Assembly: GCA_007119965.1 (NCBI GenBank)
Contig: SKOR01000044.1
Span: 8,270-72,269 of the forward strand
Direction of reading: 5' to 3'
Length of the DNA stretch: 64,000 nucleotides
DNA from: Syntrophomonadaceae bacterium
GTDB lineage: Bacteria > Bacillota > Dethiobacteria > DTU022
Part shown: positions 11,381 through 20,372 of the stretch, in pieces
Layout: each line of letters begins with the position of its first letter
Position numbering within the stretch: the first letter of the stretch is position 1
Made by a program: the position numbers and the translations under genes
Notes under the pieces: model-generated
What the model saw: the letters and a program-made list of their open reading frames with translations, nothing else
What the model was told of the DNA's origin: nothing
Databases searched by the model: none

Positions 11381-13198
11381 ATGGAAAATGATAAGCGGAA
11401 AGAAATAAGCAGTACAGAGGCAGAGCTTGATTTTCATAAAAACAGCAGTTTTTTTTCCGTGATCAGCGATTTCCTGGACTGCCTGGTGGTTATCCTCGAT
11501 CCTCAGGGCAGGATTGTATATTATAACCGGTTTTGCGAAGGCATTACCGGTCTTTCCTTTGAGCAGGTTAAAGAAGATTTCTACTGGGACCACTTTTGCC
11601 TGCCGGAGGAAACAGCCCTGTACAGGGCATTTTTTGCAAGTATTGATCCGGCGCGATGTCCTTTCGAACTGGAAACACAAATATTCCGGAAAGACGGGTC
11701 AGTTGCTACCATATTGTGGAAGCATAATACCATGCAAGGCCAAAATGGCACATTGCAATACCATATACTGACCGGAATAGATATAACCGCCTATAACAGG
11801 GCCAATAAGGCGCTTCAGGAAATTGGCGAGAAATACAGAACGATCATCCACGTTTCCCCGGTTACTGTTATTTCACTCGACTCAGATTGCAGGGTGAAAA
11901 ACTGGAGCTCTGCCGCAGAAAAATTACTGGGCTGGACAGAAAAAAATGTATTGGAAAAAAGCATATTCCTGTTTCTTAATGACCGGCAGGGAGTCCTTGA
12001 AAACTATTGCGGAAGAGCAATCCGGGGCGAGATATGCAATGATGTGGAGCTGACCTGTTTCCGCAAAGACGGCTCTGCCATTTGTGTCAACCTCTACCTC
12101 GCCCCGATACGCGATTATAACGGAATGGTTGAAGGTATTGTGATAATTGCCCTCGATATCACCGAGCGAAAGCGGGCCGAAGAAAAGATCAGCTATATGA
12201 GTTTTCACGATCAGCTCACCGGGGTCTATAACCGTCACTTCCTGGTTGAAGAACTGAAAAGACTTGATACGGCCAGGCAGCTGCCCCTGAGTGTAATTAT
12301 TGCCGATCTTAACGGGCTCAAGCTGGTAAACGACACTTACGGGCACCATGTGGGTGACGAGATGCTTACAACTGCTGCCGGTATTATCAGGAAATCCTGT
12401 CGGGAAGAAGATATTATCGCCCGCTGGGGCGGTGATGAATTTATGATTCTCCTGCCGAAAACTTCCCTGCAGAAGGCAAAGGCGGTCCAGGAACGAATTA
12501 ATGCCCACTGCTGCGGCATCTATGCCCGGGATATTCCTGTTTCTATCGCCTTAGGAGTGGCTGCCAAAGATAATGAGGCTATCAAACTGGAAGATACCCT
12601 GAGAGAAGCTGAAGACAACATGTATAACCACAAGCTGACTGATAGCCGCAGTACAAAAAAAGCTGTATTGTCTACCATGCTCAAAACCATTGCCGAAAAA
12701 AGTTTTGAAAAAGAGGCACATATCGTTCAAATGCTTGAGGTGGCGCAAAAGATCGGGCGGAAGTTAGACCTTACTGAGCAAGAGCTGAGCCGTTTAACCC
12801 TGCTGATCACCCTGCACGATATTGGTAAAATTAATATCCCGGGGGAGATCTTAACCAAGGAGGGGCCCCTGACTGCAGAAGAATGGGCAGTGATTAAAAA
12901 GCACCCTGAAACAGGCTATCGCATAGCGCGGGCCACCGAAGAGTTTGAACATGTTGCAGAAGAAATCGCGGCCCACCATGAACGCTGGGACGGCACGGGA
13001 TATCCGCAGGGCCTGAAAGGAAAAGATATTCCGCTCCTGGCCCGGATCACCGCAATTGCCGATGCTTATGAGGTAATGAGTAATGGAAGGCCTTACAGGA
13101 AAGCGATAAATAGCAGTGAAATAATTGCTGAATTTAAAAGGTGCTCAGGCACCCATTTTGATCCCGAGCTTGTTAAAGTTTTTATAGCGACACTGTAA
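11381..13198 (+). CDS. PAS-PAS-GGDEF-HD-GYP diguanylate cyclase/phosphodiesterase
   Basis: Two PAS/PAC repeats (RKDGS...DIT), REED I-site plus RWGGDEF, LHDIGK, HHERWDGTGYP. Confidence 0.92.
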   Translation: MENDKRKEISSTEAELDFHKNSSFFSVISDFLDCLVVILDPQGRIVYYNRFCEGITGLSFEQVKEDFYWDHFCLPEETALYRAFFASIDPARCPFELETQIFRKDGSVATILWKHNTMQGQNGTLQYHILTGIDITAYNRANKALQEIGEKYRTIIHVSPVTVISLDSDCRVKNWSSAAEKLLGWTEKNVLEKSIFLFLNDRQGVLENYCGRAIRGEICNDVELTCFRKDGSAICVNLYLAPIRDYNGMVEGIVIIALDITERKRAEEKISYMSFHDQLTGVYNRHFLVEELKRLDTARQLPLSVIIADLNGLKLVNDTYGHHVGDEMLTTAAGIIRKSCREEDIIARWGGDEFMILLPKTSLQKAKAVQERINAHCCGIYARDIPVSIALGVAAKDNEAIKLEDTLREAEDNMYNHKLTDSRSTKKAVLSTMLKTIAEKSFEKEAHIVQMLEVAQKIGRKLDLTEQELSRLTLLITLHDIGKINIPGEILTKEGPLTAEEWAVIKKHPETGYRIARATEEFEHVAEEIAAHHERWDGTGYPQGLKGKDIPLLARITAIADAYEVMSNGRPYRKAINSSEIIAEFKRCSGTHFDPELVKVFIATL

Positions 13199-13391
13199 GG
13201 CACTCCGTTTATTGGTTTAATCCACCTGTATCTGCTCAGCCAACCTGCAGCTCCAGATCCTTTTGCAGGCGTGGGCAGATACATTCACCTGTTTTTTGAT
13301 TTGCCACGATCTTCATCGAAAAGCAGCGAAACTGTGAGCTAAAGTCCGATACGGGCAAGAGGCTTGTGAATATTTTAATTATTCAGGACTA

Positions 13392-13420
13392 TTGACAATT
13401 GTTTGCAGATAAACTATACT
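13392..13420 (+). promoter_or_regulatory. sigma-A promoter
   Basis: TTGACA-N17-TATACT. Confidence 0.7.
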
Positions 13421-13481
13421 TAAGCCATCGGAATCATTTCAGATGTTTCCGAAGACCGTCATTCCCAGGGAGGTGGAGAAA

Positions 13482-13796
13482 ATGTTGGAGATGTGCACCC
13501 AGGAACGTGTTTGCCCTTCATGTAAAGGAAGTTTCTTCCCGGAAGAAAAGGTTGTTCACAAGACCTTATGCGGCGAAGATCTGGTATGTTCTCCGCCGGG
13601 GGAAGGTTACAAGGCGCCGGATTGCAAGACCTACGATTTCTGCTCAGAAAAATGTCTGGAAGAGTATGAGAGCAAGCTGCCAACCTGCGGCGTAGTTCCC
13701 GGTTGGAAACGTTACTTCGGCAGGATCAATAAAGTCGGCAGTTCAAGCGGTATTGCAGGAGCAAGGCCTCATCAACTGCGCAAGTATGGTAAGTAA
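13482..13796 (+). CDS. small Cys-rich YHS/TRASH-like metal-binding protein
   Basis: GGAGGTGG RBS; CPSC and YDFCSEKC motifs, 9 Cys; own promoter and terminator. Confidence 0.7.
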   Translation: MLEMCTQERVCPSCKGSFFPEEKVVHKTLCGEDLVCSPPGEGYKAPDCKTYDFCSEKCLEEYESKLPTCGVVPGWKRYFGRINKVGSSSGIAGARPHQLRKYGK

Positions 13797-13814
13797 AAAG
13801 TAATTTGCCTCTTT

Positions 13815-13864
13815 ATAAATAGCCCGGCCTGAACCAATCTTTTGGAACAGGCCGGGCTATTTAT
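13815..13864 (+). terminator. intrinsic terminator hairpin
   Basis: ATAAATAGCCCGGCCTG ... CAGGCCGGGCTATTTAT 17-bp inverted repeat. Confidence 0.8.
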
Positions 13865-14000
13865 TTGTTCTGCTTTAATAGCCGGATCTATAACCTTCGC
13901 AGATTTCAAATAAATGGCAGCATTACTTGTTAAAAATTTGCAGCGTGCATGCAAGAGGGTGTTTATTAGAAAAAAATATCAAAAAACCATAATATTAAAA

Positions 14001-14033
14001 TGTAACGGAGTTGTAACAGGCAGGTGCTATAAT
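14001..14033 (+). promoter_or_regulatory. WalR(YycF)-type direct-repeat box plus extended -10
   Basis: TGTAAC-N5-TGTAAC (14001-14017) matches TGTWAH-N5-TGTWAH, followed by TGCTATAAT. Confidence 0.6.
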
Positions 14034-14318
14034 AAAGTTGATAGAAAAGGTAGCAATTATAATATAACAACACGATGCTTGAGAATCGGGCAAAATAACT
14101 TATGAGGGTGGTGCAAAAAACATCAGAAGAGGTCACAGGTATAGCCCGGCCGGACAGTACGCGAAAACATACCGGCCGAAGCATCTCTGACAAGTAGGCA
14201 ATAGTGATGGAATCTGATTATTTGTGATTACTAAAGCCAGGTAAAGTCACTGGTCAAACCGGCTCCACTTTATAAGAAGCAGATCTAATAGTTATTAATA
14301 GCAGGGAGGTTCATAAAC

Positions 14319-16877
14319 ATGAAATTCAACAAAATAAACTCTAAAGATATAAAGTCGTTAATTGCTGTTTTTATCGTAATATCAATGCTGCTGCTTCCCC
14401 TGGGCGCATTTGCAGGAAGTGGAGACGCAAGTGATGGTTCAGATACTTTAACCACCACAACCGGCAGCCCAGATGATTCAAACACTTCAGGCTCATCGGA
14501 CAGCGGAGATTCAGGCAGCACAGAAACCACCGACAGCAGTAATGATGGTGGAGAAAGCAGCCCAGGCAGTGATCGGGACTCAGAAAGCAGCGATGATGAA
14601 GCCGGAAAGGATGACGAAAGTGCAGATGACGGCACGGTTGAAATCAATACTACCGGCACTGAAGATGAAGAAGAAAATGAACCTGGTGCTGTAGAAGAAG
14701 GAGATAAGAAGGAAAGCACCTTCGATGACCAGGTTAGCGAAAACGATCAAGAATTAACAGCTGAAAATGCTGACGGAACCGGCACTGAAGAAAAAGGTGA
14801 TAAAGTTGTCGATGAAGAATCCGATGCACCTGAAACCGGAACCGATACTGTAGAAGATGATGAAGAAGCAACGGTTACTCCCATCCTGAAGAGCAATAGT
14901 GAATCAGACTCCCAGAAGCAGGGCAGCGATGATGAAAAGGAATCCGAAACCCCCTTTTCAGGCGATGATGATGAACAGGGAGCGGAAGAGCCAAATAGTG
15001 ACGGGTACGAGGATCAGAAGTTTGACGGCAACACATATTCTGCAGTAATAAAGCATATTGAAGAGCATGCAGACTATGATTCTGATTACGCAAAACATCT
15101 CGGTCTCGATGAGCTGCGATATTTTGAAGCGACGATAACCGAGATTGGCCAGAGCAGAATCGGTTCTGTTCAGATTACTGTTCCTGAAGGCTTCGATCTA
15201 AAAAATGAGGACTTCAGCTGGTCTTTTTCATCATTTGACAGTAACGCTTTTGCTGCCGGGGAATATAAGGACAATTGGGATGGCAGCATTGATGAAGATA
15301 CCGGTACCGTATCGCTATGGGCTAAGGCTGTTGATTATTACCTTTATTTCGGGGAATCGGTAACAGCCTTGTTTAAAGCTAAAACTCCTGCTGTCATAAG
15401 TCCGGAGGCCGAAGATAGGACTAAAGGCGAGCTGCCCGGATATGATGAAAATGGAGATTACAAGATTGGCATCTATGACTTTGAGCTGAGTGTTTGGACC
15501 AATGCCACAACAGATGAACTGGATGCAGGTGGAATCCGCATCCCCCTTTATGAAGATGGTTCAAATGCCGGAGACGGAACAGGAGTGGGAGTAAGCAATG
15601 ACCGCTTAAATACAATCTCGGAAGATCACTCGCTCACAATGGTTTGGGTCGGAGATGATGATTTTCATGAAGCACTGGAAGCCGCTACTGGTTATAACGT
15701 TATCGATAGTGCAGATAATCATCAGGGGCAAAGCAGTTACAGTGTAGTATTGAAAAGCGTAGTTGATGGTTCGCCCTCGACTTTCAACTTTGAGATTACA
15801 CACGATAAAGGGTCAGCGGGACAGAGTGCTCAGGCAATGGAAGAACTATGGATTATACTGCCTGCCGGTTTTGCTGCCGATGCCGGTTCTATCAGTAATT
15901 TGGCAGTTCAATATGATGATAACGGCGATATCACTACTGATTCAATCGAATTCGATTTTGCTAACGGCAGGATAGTTTGGAAGGGTAACTTAGGGCAACC
16001 AGAAATAACTGTATTTAATATAAGCTTTAATGCGACAGTTGGCCCTGATTCCGGTAATGTTTTTCAGACGGAAGCCCTGTGGTTCCCTAACGCAAATACC
16101 TCAAATAACGTTCCGAATTTGCATGCAAGTGAGGAACCGGCAGAAGTTGCTTTTCCGATATTCTCATCACAATCACTACCTTCTGAGCCGGTGGACGATG
16201 AAGGTTTTGAGGAAGATTTAAGCCCGACCGGTGATGAAAACGGCGGGGACGATAATAATATAATCCCCGGTGACGAACCAGTCGATGATCCTGACGATCC
16301 TGTCACCGGCACACCTGGCCTCACTGCTGCACCGTTGGGTGCCCCGGCTGCACCGGCCGCTGTCCCAGGGGCAGCACCTGAAGATGCACCGGCAGCTCCG
16401 GTGGAAGTTCCTGCGGAAGCAGCTGCCGAGGAAGCGCCGGTTTCGATTACTGAAGATTTTCCGCCGGAAGCACCACAGGTAGAGCCGGTTGCAGAAGCGG
16501 AAGCCGGAAGCTTTAATTTCTGGCCCCTGCTGCTGATCTTAATTCCCGCCCTGCTTTGGTTCCTGTGGGCCCGCCTGGTTTTGGTCCGCGTGCCAAACGA
16601 AAAAGGCGAGTATAGAACAGTAGCCCGCAAGCTAGCCCGGCGCAAAGATAAAAGGTGGTTTGTAGATGTTGAAAAACAACTGCAAGAATACCTGGAAAAA
16701 CACCGCGAAGTCCTGGTTGACTTCAGGGGCGGGCTGATCAAAGACGCTAAGAAGGCCGTATATTCTGGCGAGACAACCCTAAGTGAGGGTGAAAAGAGAT
16801 TCGCCCTGATAAACAGCCGGAGTTTCGTAAACTGGGTAGATGAGCTGAAAGAACGCACAGAGCGCATTGCAGGATAA
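14319..16877 (+). CDS. large acidic cell-surface protein with C-terminal membrane anchor
   Basis: GGGAGG RBS; signal peptide ending AFA; Ser/Asp/Glu-rich N-terminus; two related beta-rich segments (VQITVPEGF / LWIILPAGF); Pro/Ala linker; TM helix WPLLLILIPALLWFLW; basic ~100-aa tail. Confidence 0.8.
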   Translation: MKFNKINSKDIKSLIAVFIVISMLLLPLGAFAGSGDASDGSDTLTTTTGSPDDSNTSGSSDSGDSGSTETTDSSNDGGESSPGSDRDSESSDDEAGKDDESADDGTVEINTTGTEDEEENEPGAVEEGDKKESTFDDQVSENDQELTAENADGTGTEEKGDKVVDEESDAPETGTDTVEDDEEATVTPILKSNSESDSQKQGSDDEKESETPFSGDDDEQGAEEPNSDGYEDQKFDGNTYSAVIKHIEEHADYDSDYAKHLGLDELRYFEATITEIGQSRIGSVQITVPEGFDLKNEDFSWSFSSFDSNAFAAGEYKDNWDGSIDEDTGTVSLWAKAVDYYLYFGESVTALFKAKTPAVISPEAEDRTKGELPGYDENGDYKIGIYDFELSVWTNATTDELDAGGIRIPLYEDGSNAGDGTGVGVSNDRLNTISEDHSLTMVWVGDDDFHEALEAATGYNVIDSADNHQGQSSYSVVLKSVVDGSPSTFNFEITHDKGSAGQSAQAMEELWIILPAGFAADAGSISNLAVQYDDNGDITTDSIEFDFANGRIVWKGNLGQPEITVFNISFNATVGPDSGNVFQTEALWFPNANTSNNVPNLHASEEPAEVAFPIFSSQSLPSEPVDDEGFEEDLSPTGDENGGDDNNIIPGDEPVDDPDDPVTGTPGLTAAPLGAPAAPAAVPGAAPEDAPAAPVEVPAEAAAEEAPVSITEDFPPEAPQVEPVAEAEAGSFNFWPLLLILIPALLWFLWARLVLVRVPNEKGEYRTVARKLARRKDKRWFVDVEKQLQEYLEKHREVLVDFRGGLIKDAKKAVYSGETTLSEGEKRFALINSRSFVNWVDELKERTERIAG

Positions 16878-16918
16878 TCAGTACCGCAAAGTGCTTAAGA
16901 TAAACCGGGTAATCTAGC

Positions 16919-16954
16919 AGCGGTCGGCTAAAGATAACAGCCGGCCGCTTTCTT
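16919..16954. terminator. intrinsic terminator between convergent genes
   Basis: AGCGGTCGGCT-loop-AGCCGGCCGCT-TTCTT. Confidence 0.7.
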
Positions 16955-16969
16955 ATATGGGCGGTTATT

Positions 16970-19717
16970 TCAATATTCTTTTGCCACTTCTTCCAGGAAG
17001 TATTTCACCGCTTGCGGGTCAAAGTGGCGGCCGCTTTCTTTTCGTATATAATCAAGGGCCGCTTCCCTTTTCCAGGCCAGCCTGTAGGGGCGGTTGCTGG
17101 TCAGGGCGTCAAAAACGTCAACCACGGTAAAGATGCGGGCTGCAAGTGGGATTTCCTCGCCCTTCAGGCCGCGGGGGTAGCCGCTGCCGTCCCACTTTTC
17201 ATGGTGGCAGTAGGGTATTTCCAGGGCCGAGCGAAGATAGCTGATCGGGGCCAGCAGTTCATAGGCAAATTTTGGGTGCTCCCGCATAACAGCCCACTCT
17301 TCATTTGTCAGTTTACCGGTTTTTAGCAAGATAGAGTCGGGGATACCCACTTTCCCGATATCATGCAGCAGGGCGCCCCGGCGAATGTGGATCAGCTCGG
17401 AGTCCGGGACTCCGATAGCTTTAGCCAGGTGGACGGCCATTTCTGTGACCCTTTTACTGTGCCCCTCTGTTTCATGATCGCGCAGGTCGAGGGCCCGCGA
17501 CCACCCCTCGATAGTAGCTTCATAGGACAAAGATAAATCAAGATTGGCCTGTTTGAGGTTGTCAAAGAGCTGGCTGTTGTAAACGGCAATGGCAGCCTGG
17601 TCGGCCAGGGCTTCTAAGAAATCGAGCCACTCTTTTTCATGGTTATAAGGTCGGGACTCGAAAGCAGCAAGCACTCCTTTAACCTCGTTTTTAACGATTA
17701 ACGGCACACTTATGCAGCACCTGAACTCTTCTGCGGCGAGCATTTGAGACCATCTGTTATCAAAATAAACGGCTGAGTCCCTGCTGATAATTGTGCGGCG
17801 CTCCCGGGCAGTTCTGGCGAGAGCATTTTCACCGGGTTTCAGGCGAACCTGCTCTAGTGCGTTTGTTTTAAAACCCTGCCCCGCAGCGAATTCAAGCTCA
17901 TTAAGCTGGGGGTTAAAGGTGAACACAGCAGCAGAATTAACATGGAGCTGGTTGACAACCTCTTTGAGAAGGACATCCATCGTCAGGTGGAAGTCCTGGC
18001 TGGTAGTTATTGCTTTATCAACGGCCCGTGTGGCCTCCAGTTTGTGCAGTTGGTATACTGTTTCCTCGTAAAGGCTGATCCGTTGGATGGCTGTTCCGGC
18101 CATTGCGGCCAGGGAAGAAAGCAGCTTAAGCTCCCCGCAGCTTATTTCGCGCGGGCTGGGAACGGAAACAGCTAAGACCCCCACTATCTTCTGCCCTGCC
18201 TGAAGAGGTAAAAATGTTCCTGCCCAGCCCGGCGGTATCTGGGTTCTAATATCAGGTTTAACAAGGGGATCCCCAGCCAGATCGCTGGTGATATAAGGTT
18301 TCCCTGACATGAATACTTTTCCGCTGACACCTTCGTCAGATTTCAGGTTTGCTTCATCCAGCTGTGAAAACCAACCGTGGGCTGCAGAGAAGTGCAGGTT
18401 TTCATTAGAGGTGTGGTAGAGCCAGATTGCCCCGGCTTCTGTGTTTATAGCGGCCAGGACTTCATCGAGCAGGATGGGCAGCATCTCTTCAAGGGTTTCG
18501 GCACTGCGCAGGGCGGATGAAACTTTATAGAGCGTTTCCAGTTCAGCAAGTCGTTTTTGAAGCGATTCTTCAGCCTTTTTGTGCTCAGTAATATCAGCAA
18601 CAGAAACCGAGACACGGGAATAGGTGCTTTCATGGTCTGACGCTACAGACCAGTGCACCTGAACAAACAAGAGTTCTCCCTCCAGGGTCAGGTGGGGCAA
18701 TTCAAAAAAAAGTTCTTTTTCCGACTCAGCAATCGCAAGCAGTATATCTATAAAGGCTTCATGTGATTCTTTTAAAAATATATTGTTGAATTTAGAGAAA
18801 AATTCTTCTTTGGATTTTGCTTTATACAAATTTATGGTCGCCCGGTTAACGTCGATGATTTGTACCAGGCCGGCCAATTCCTGCACTAAGTCCGGGTGCT
18901 GCACAAGATAAGAGCGCAGGTCCTGGTCTAACCTGTTTTTCAGTTCATCAATGCGCTGTTTAACTGCTGAGAAATCCTCTTCCCATAATGAAATCGGAGA
19001 ATCTTCAAATAGCTGGCGATATTTCCTTTCACTCTGCAGTAATATTTCCCGGGACTGCTTTTCTCTTTCCAGGTTATTCAGCCAGTGTTCAGTTTGCCGT
19101 TCGCTTTTTTTGTGATTCAGGTATTCATCCGGCTCAATGTAGTATAAGTTCCGGTAGGCCTGGGTGCCCCAGATTAACAGTGGATGGGTCAGCATGGCTC
19201 CTTTTATTGTTTCAGAGTCGTGTTTTGAGCGGTTATATTGGCAGAGCGCCAGGCAGGAGTAGCCGGGGAAAAAGTCGCGGTTTAGTTTTGCTTCGTATCC
19301 GAGCAGTTTTTCTGAACCAGATTTTTCGTGTAAAGCTGAACTTATTTCACCGGTTACCCGCAGGGCGGAGTATCCCTGGCTGAGGGCCTTTTCTGTTTCA
19401 GCGATCATGAAGTCAGGGTCAAAACAGCCTTCCCAGGTGGGGGTATCTTTCTTGTTGAATATGTTAAACTGACCCCTGTTTTCAGCTTCTGACAGGTCCA
19501 GACCGGCATCCAGAAAATAAGTTTTAACCTGTTGGTTAGAGGCATCATCAGCAACATAAATGCATTTCTCGTTCCGTTCAAAGCCTGAAAGGATGAAAGG
19601 GACGATTACCTCTACCCACTCTTCGTAAGAATTGTAAATAAGGCAAAGATGATCATGAGGCTCGAGAGAGGCCAAAAGTTCATTTAAATCAGGCGAAAAT
19701 TCCTTGTCGTGATTCAT
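16970..19717 (-). CDS. MEDS-PAS-GAF-GAF-HD-GYP phosphodiesterase
   Basis: N-terminal MEDS signature (DHLCLIY...ALRVTGE...YEAKLN...CQY...THP), PAS, two GAF, HD-GYP (LLHDIGK, HHEKWDGSGYP). A possible ATC start lies at 19729. Confidence 0.88.
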   Translation of the reverse strand: MNHDKEFSPDLNELLASLEPHDHLCLIYNSYEEWVEVIVPFILSGFERNEKCIYVADDASNQQVKTYFLDAGLDLSEAENRGQFNIFNKKDTPTWEGCFDPDFMIAETEKALSQGYSALRVTGEISSALHEKSGSEKLLGYEAKLNRDFFPGYSCLALCQYNRSKHDSETIKGAMLTHPLLIWGTQAYRNLYYIEPDEYLNHKKSERQTEHWLNNLEREKQSREILLQSERKYRQLFEDSPISLWEEDFSAVKQRIDELKNRLDQDLRSYLVQHPDLVQELAGLVQIIDVNRATINLYKAKSKEEFFSKFNNIFLKESHEAFIDILLAIAESEKELFFELPHLTLEGELLFVQVHWSVASDHESTYSRVSVSVADITEHKKAEESLQKRLAELETLYKVSSALRSAETLEEMLPILLDEVLAAINTEAGAIWLYHTSNENLHFSAAHGWFSQLDEANLKSDEGVSGKVFMSGKPYITSDLAGDPLVKPDIRTQIPPGWAGTFLPLQAGQKIVGVLAVSVPSPREISCGELKLLSSLAAMAGTAIQRISLYEETVYQLHKLEATRAVDKAITTSQDFHLTMDVLLKEVVNQLHVNSAAVFTFNPQLNELEFAAGQGFKTNALEQVRLKPGENALARTARERRTIISRDSAVYFDNRWSQMLAAEEFRCCISVPLIVKNEVKGVLAAFESRPYNHEKEWLDFLEALADQAAIAVYNSQLFDNLKQANLDLSLSYEATIEGWSRALDLRDHETEGHSKRVTEMAVHLAKAIGVPDSELIHIRRGALLHDIGKVGIPDSILLKTGKLTNEEWAVMREHPKFAYELLAPISYLRSALEIPYCHHEKWDGSGYPRGLKGEEIPLAARIFTVVDVFDALTSNRPYRLAWKREAALDYIRKESGRHFDPQAVKYFLEEVAKEY

Positions 19718-19822
19718 GCTGTCAGGGATTAGTCAGGCCCTCCAGTGGTGAAAGTTCCTATATTTAAACAAACCGGTAACAAGCCTGCGCGTCTTGCAGG
19801 ACTCAACAACCATTGCCAGGAT

Positions 19823-19978
19823 TCAGGTTGCGGTAGGATCCTGTCCCGGCTCAAAATCTTCCGGCGGCAGCGACGGCAGGTTAGTTAAATCTGCGCCGCA
19901 GTAGGGGCAAATCCAGGATCCTTCAATATCCGCTGAATGTGAAGCCCGCTCACAATTGGTGCATATTTTTCGATGCAT
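19823..19978 (-). CDS. small zinc-ribbon protein (51 aa)
   Basis: GGAGGG RBS; MHRKICTNC...WICPYCG with two CxxC. Confidence 0.7.
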   Translation of the reverse strand: MHRKICTNCERASHSADIEGSWICPYCGADLTNLPSLPPEDFEPGQDPTAT

Positions 19979-20372
19979 GAAAACGGACCCTCCGTTCCAT
20001 TCAACCGTTATTGTAAAGCATAAATATAAATAGATCAATAAATGCTATTTATATCTGCTCAGCTAAGCTGCCAGAAGAGATCCGGCTCACTTTGGAAACG
20101 TAAGCAGCTGCTATTTACTTAAGGGATCACCTGCTGGCTAAAGATTTAGCATTTCTTATATTATATCTTCGACACTCTGCACTGTAACCCTTTTGGGTTT
20201 TATTTATTGCGGTTCCTGCGGCCCGCTGTTAGCATTCACCGCCGGCTGAATCCGGTGTGGCACTTACCGTTCCGGGCGGTTGAGAGCAATTCTATCTATA
20301 TTTATTGAAGGAATCAGATTACCATTGTAGAAAAGGATTTAAAGAAGATTCAGGAGAGGCAAGGTAACTTTT

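Noticed and set aside
14088-14265. c-di-GMP-I or -II riboswitch in the surface-protein leader
   Set aside because: GGGCAAA...GTGCAAA and ...AACCGGC are only loosely similar; the GNRA-capped stem, GACGCAAAG and pseudoknot pairing are missing. An Infernal search would settle it
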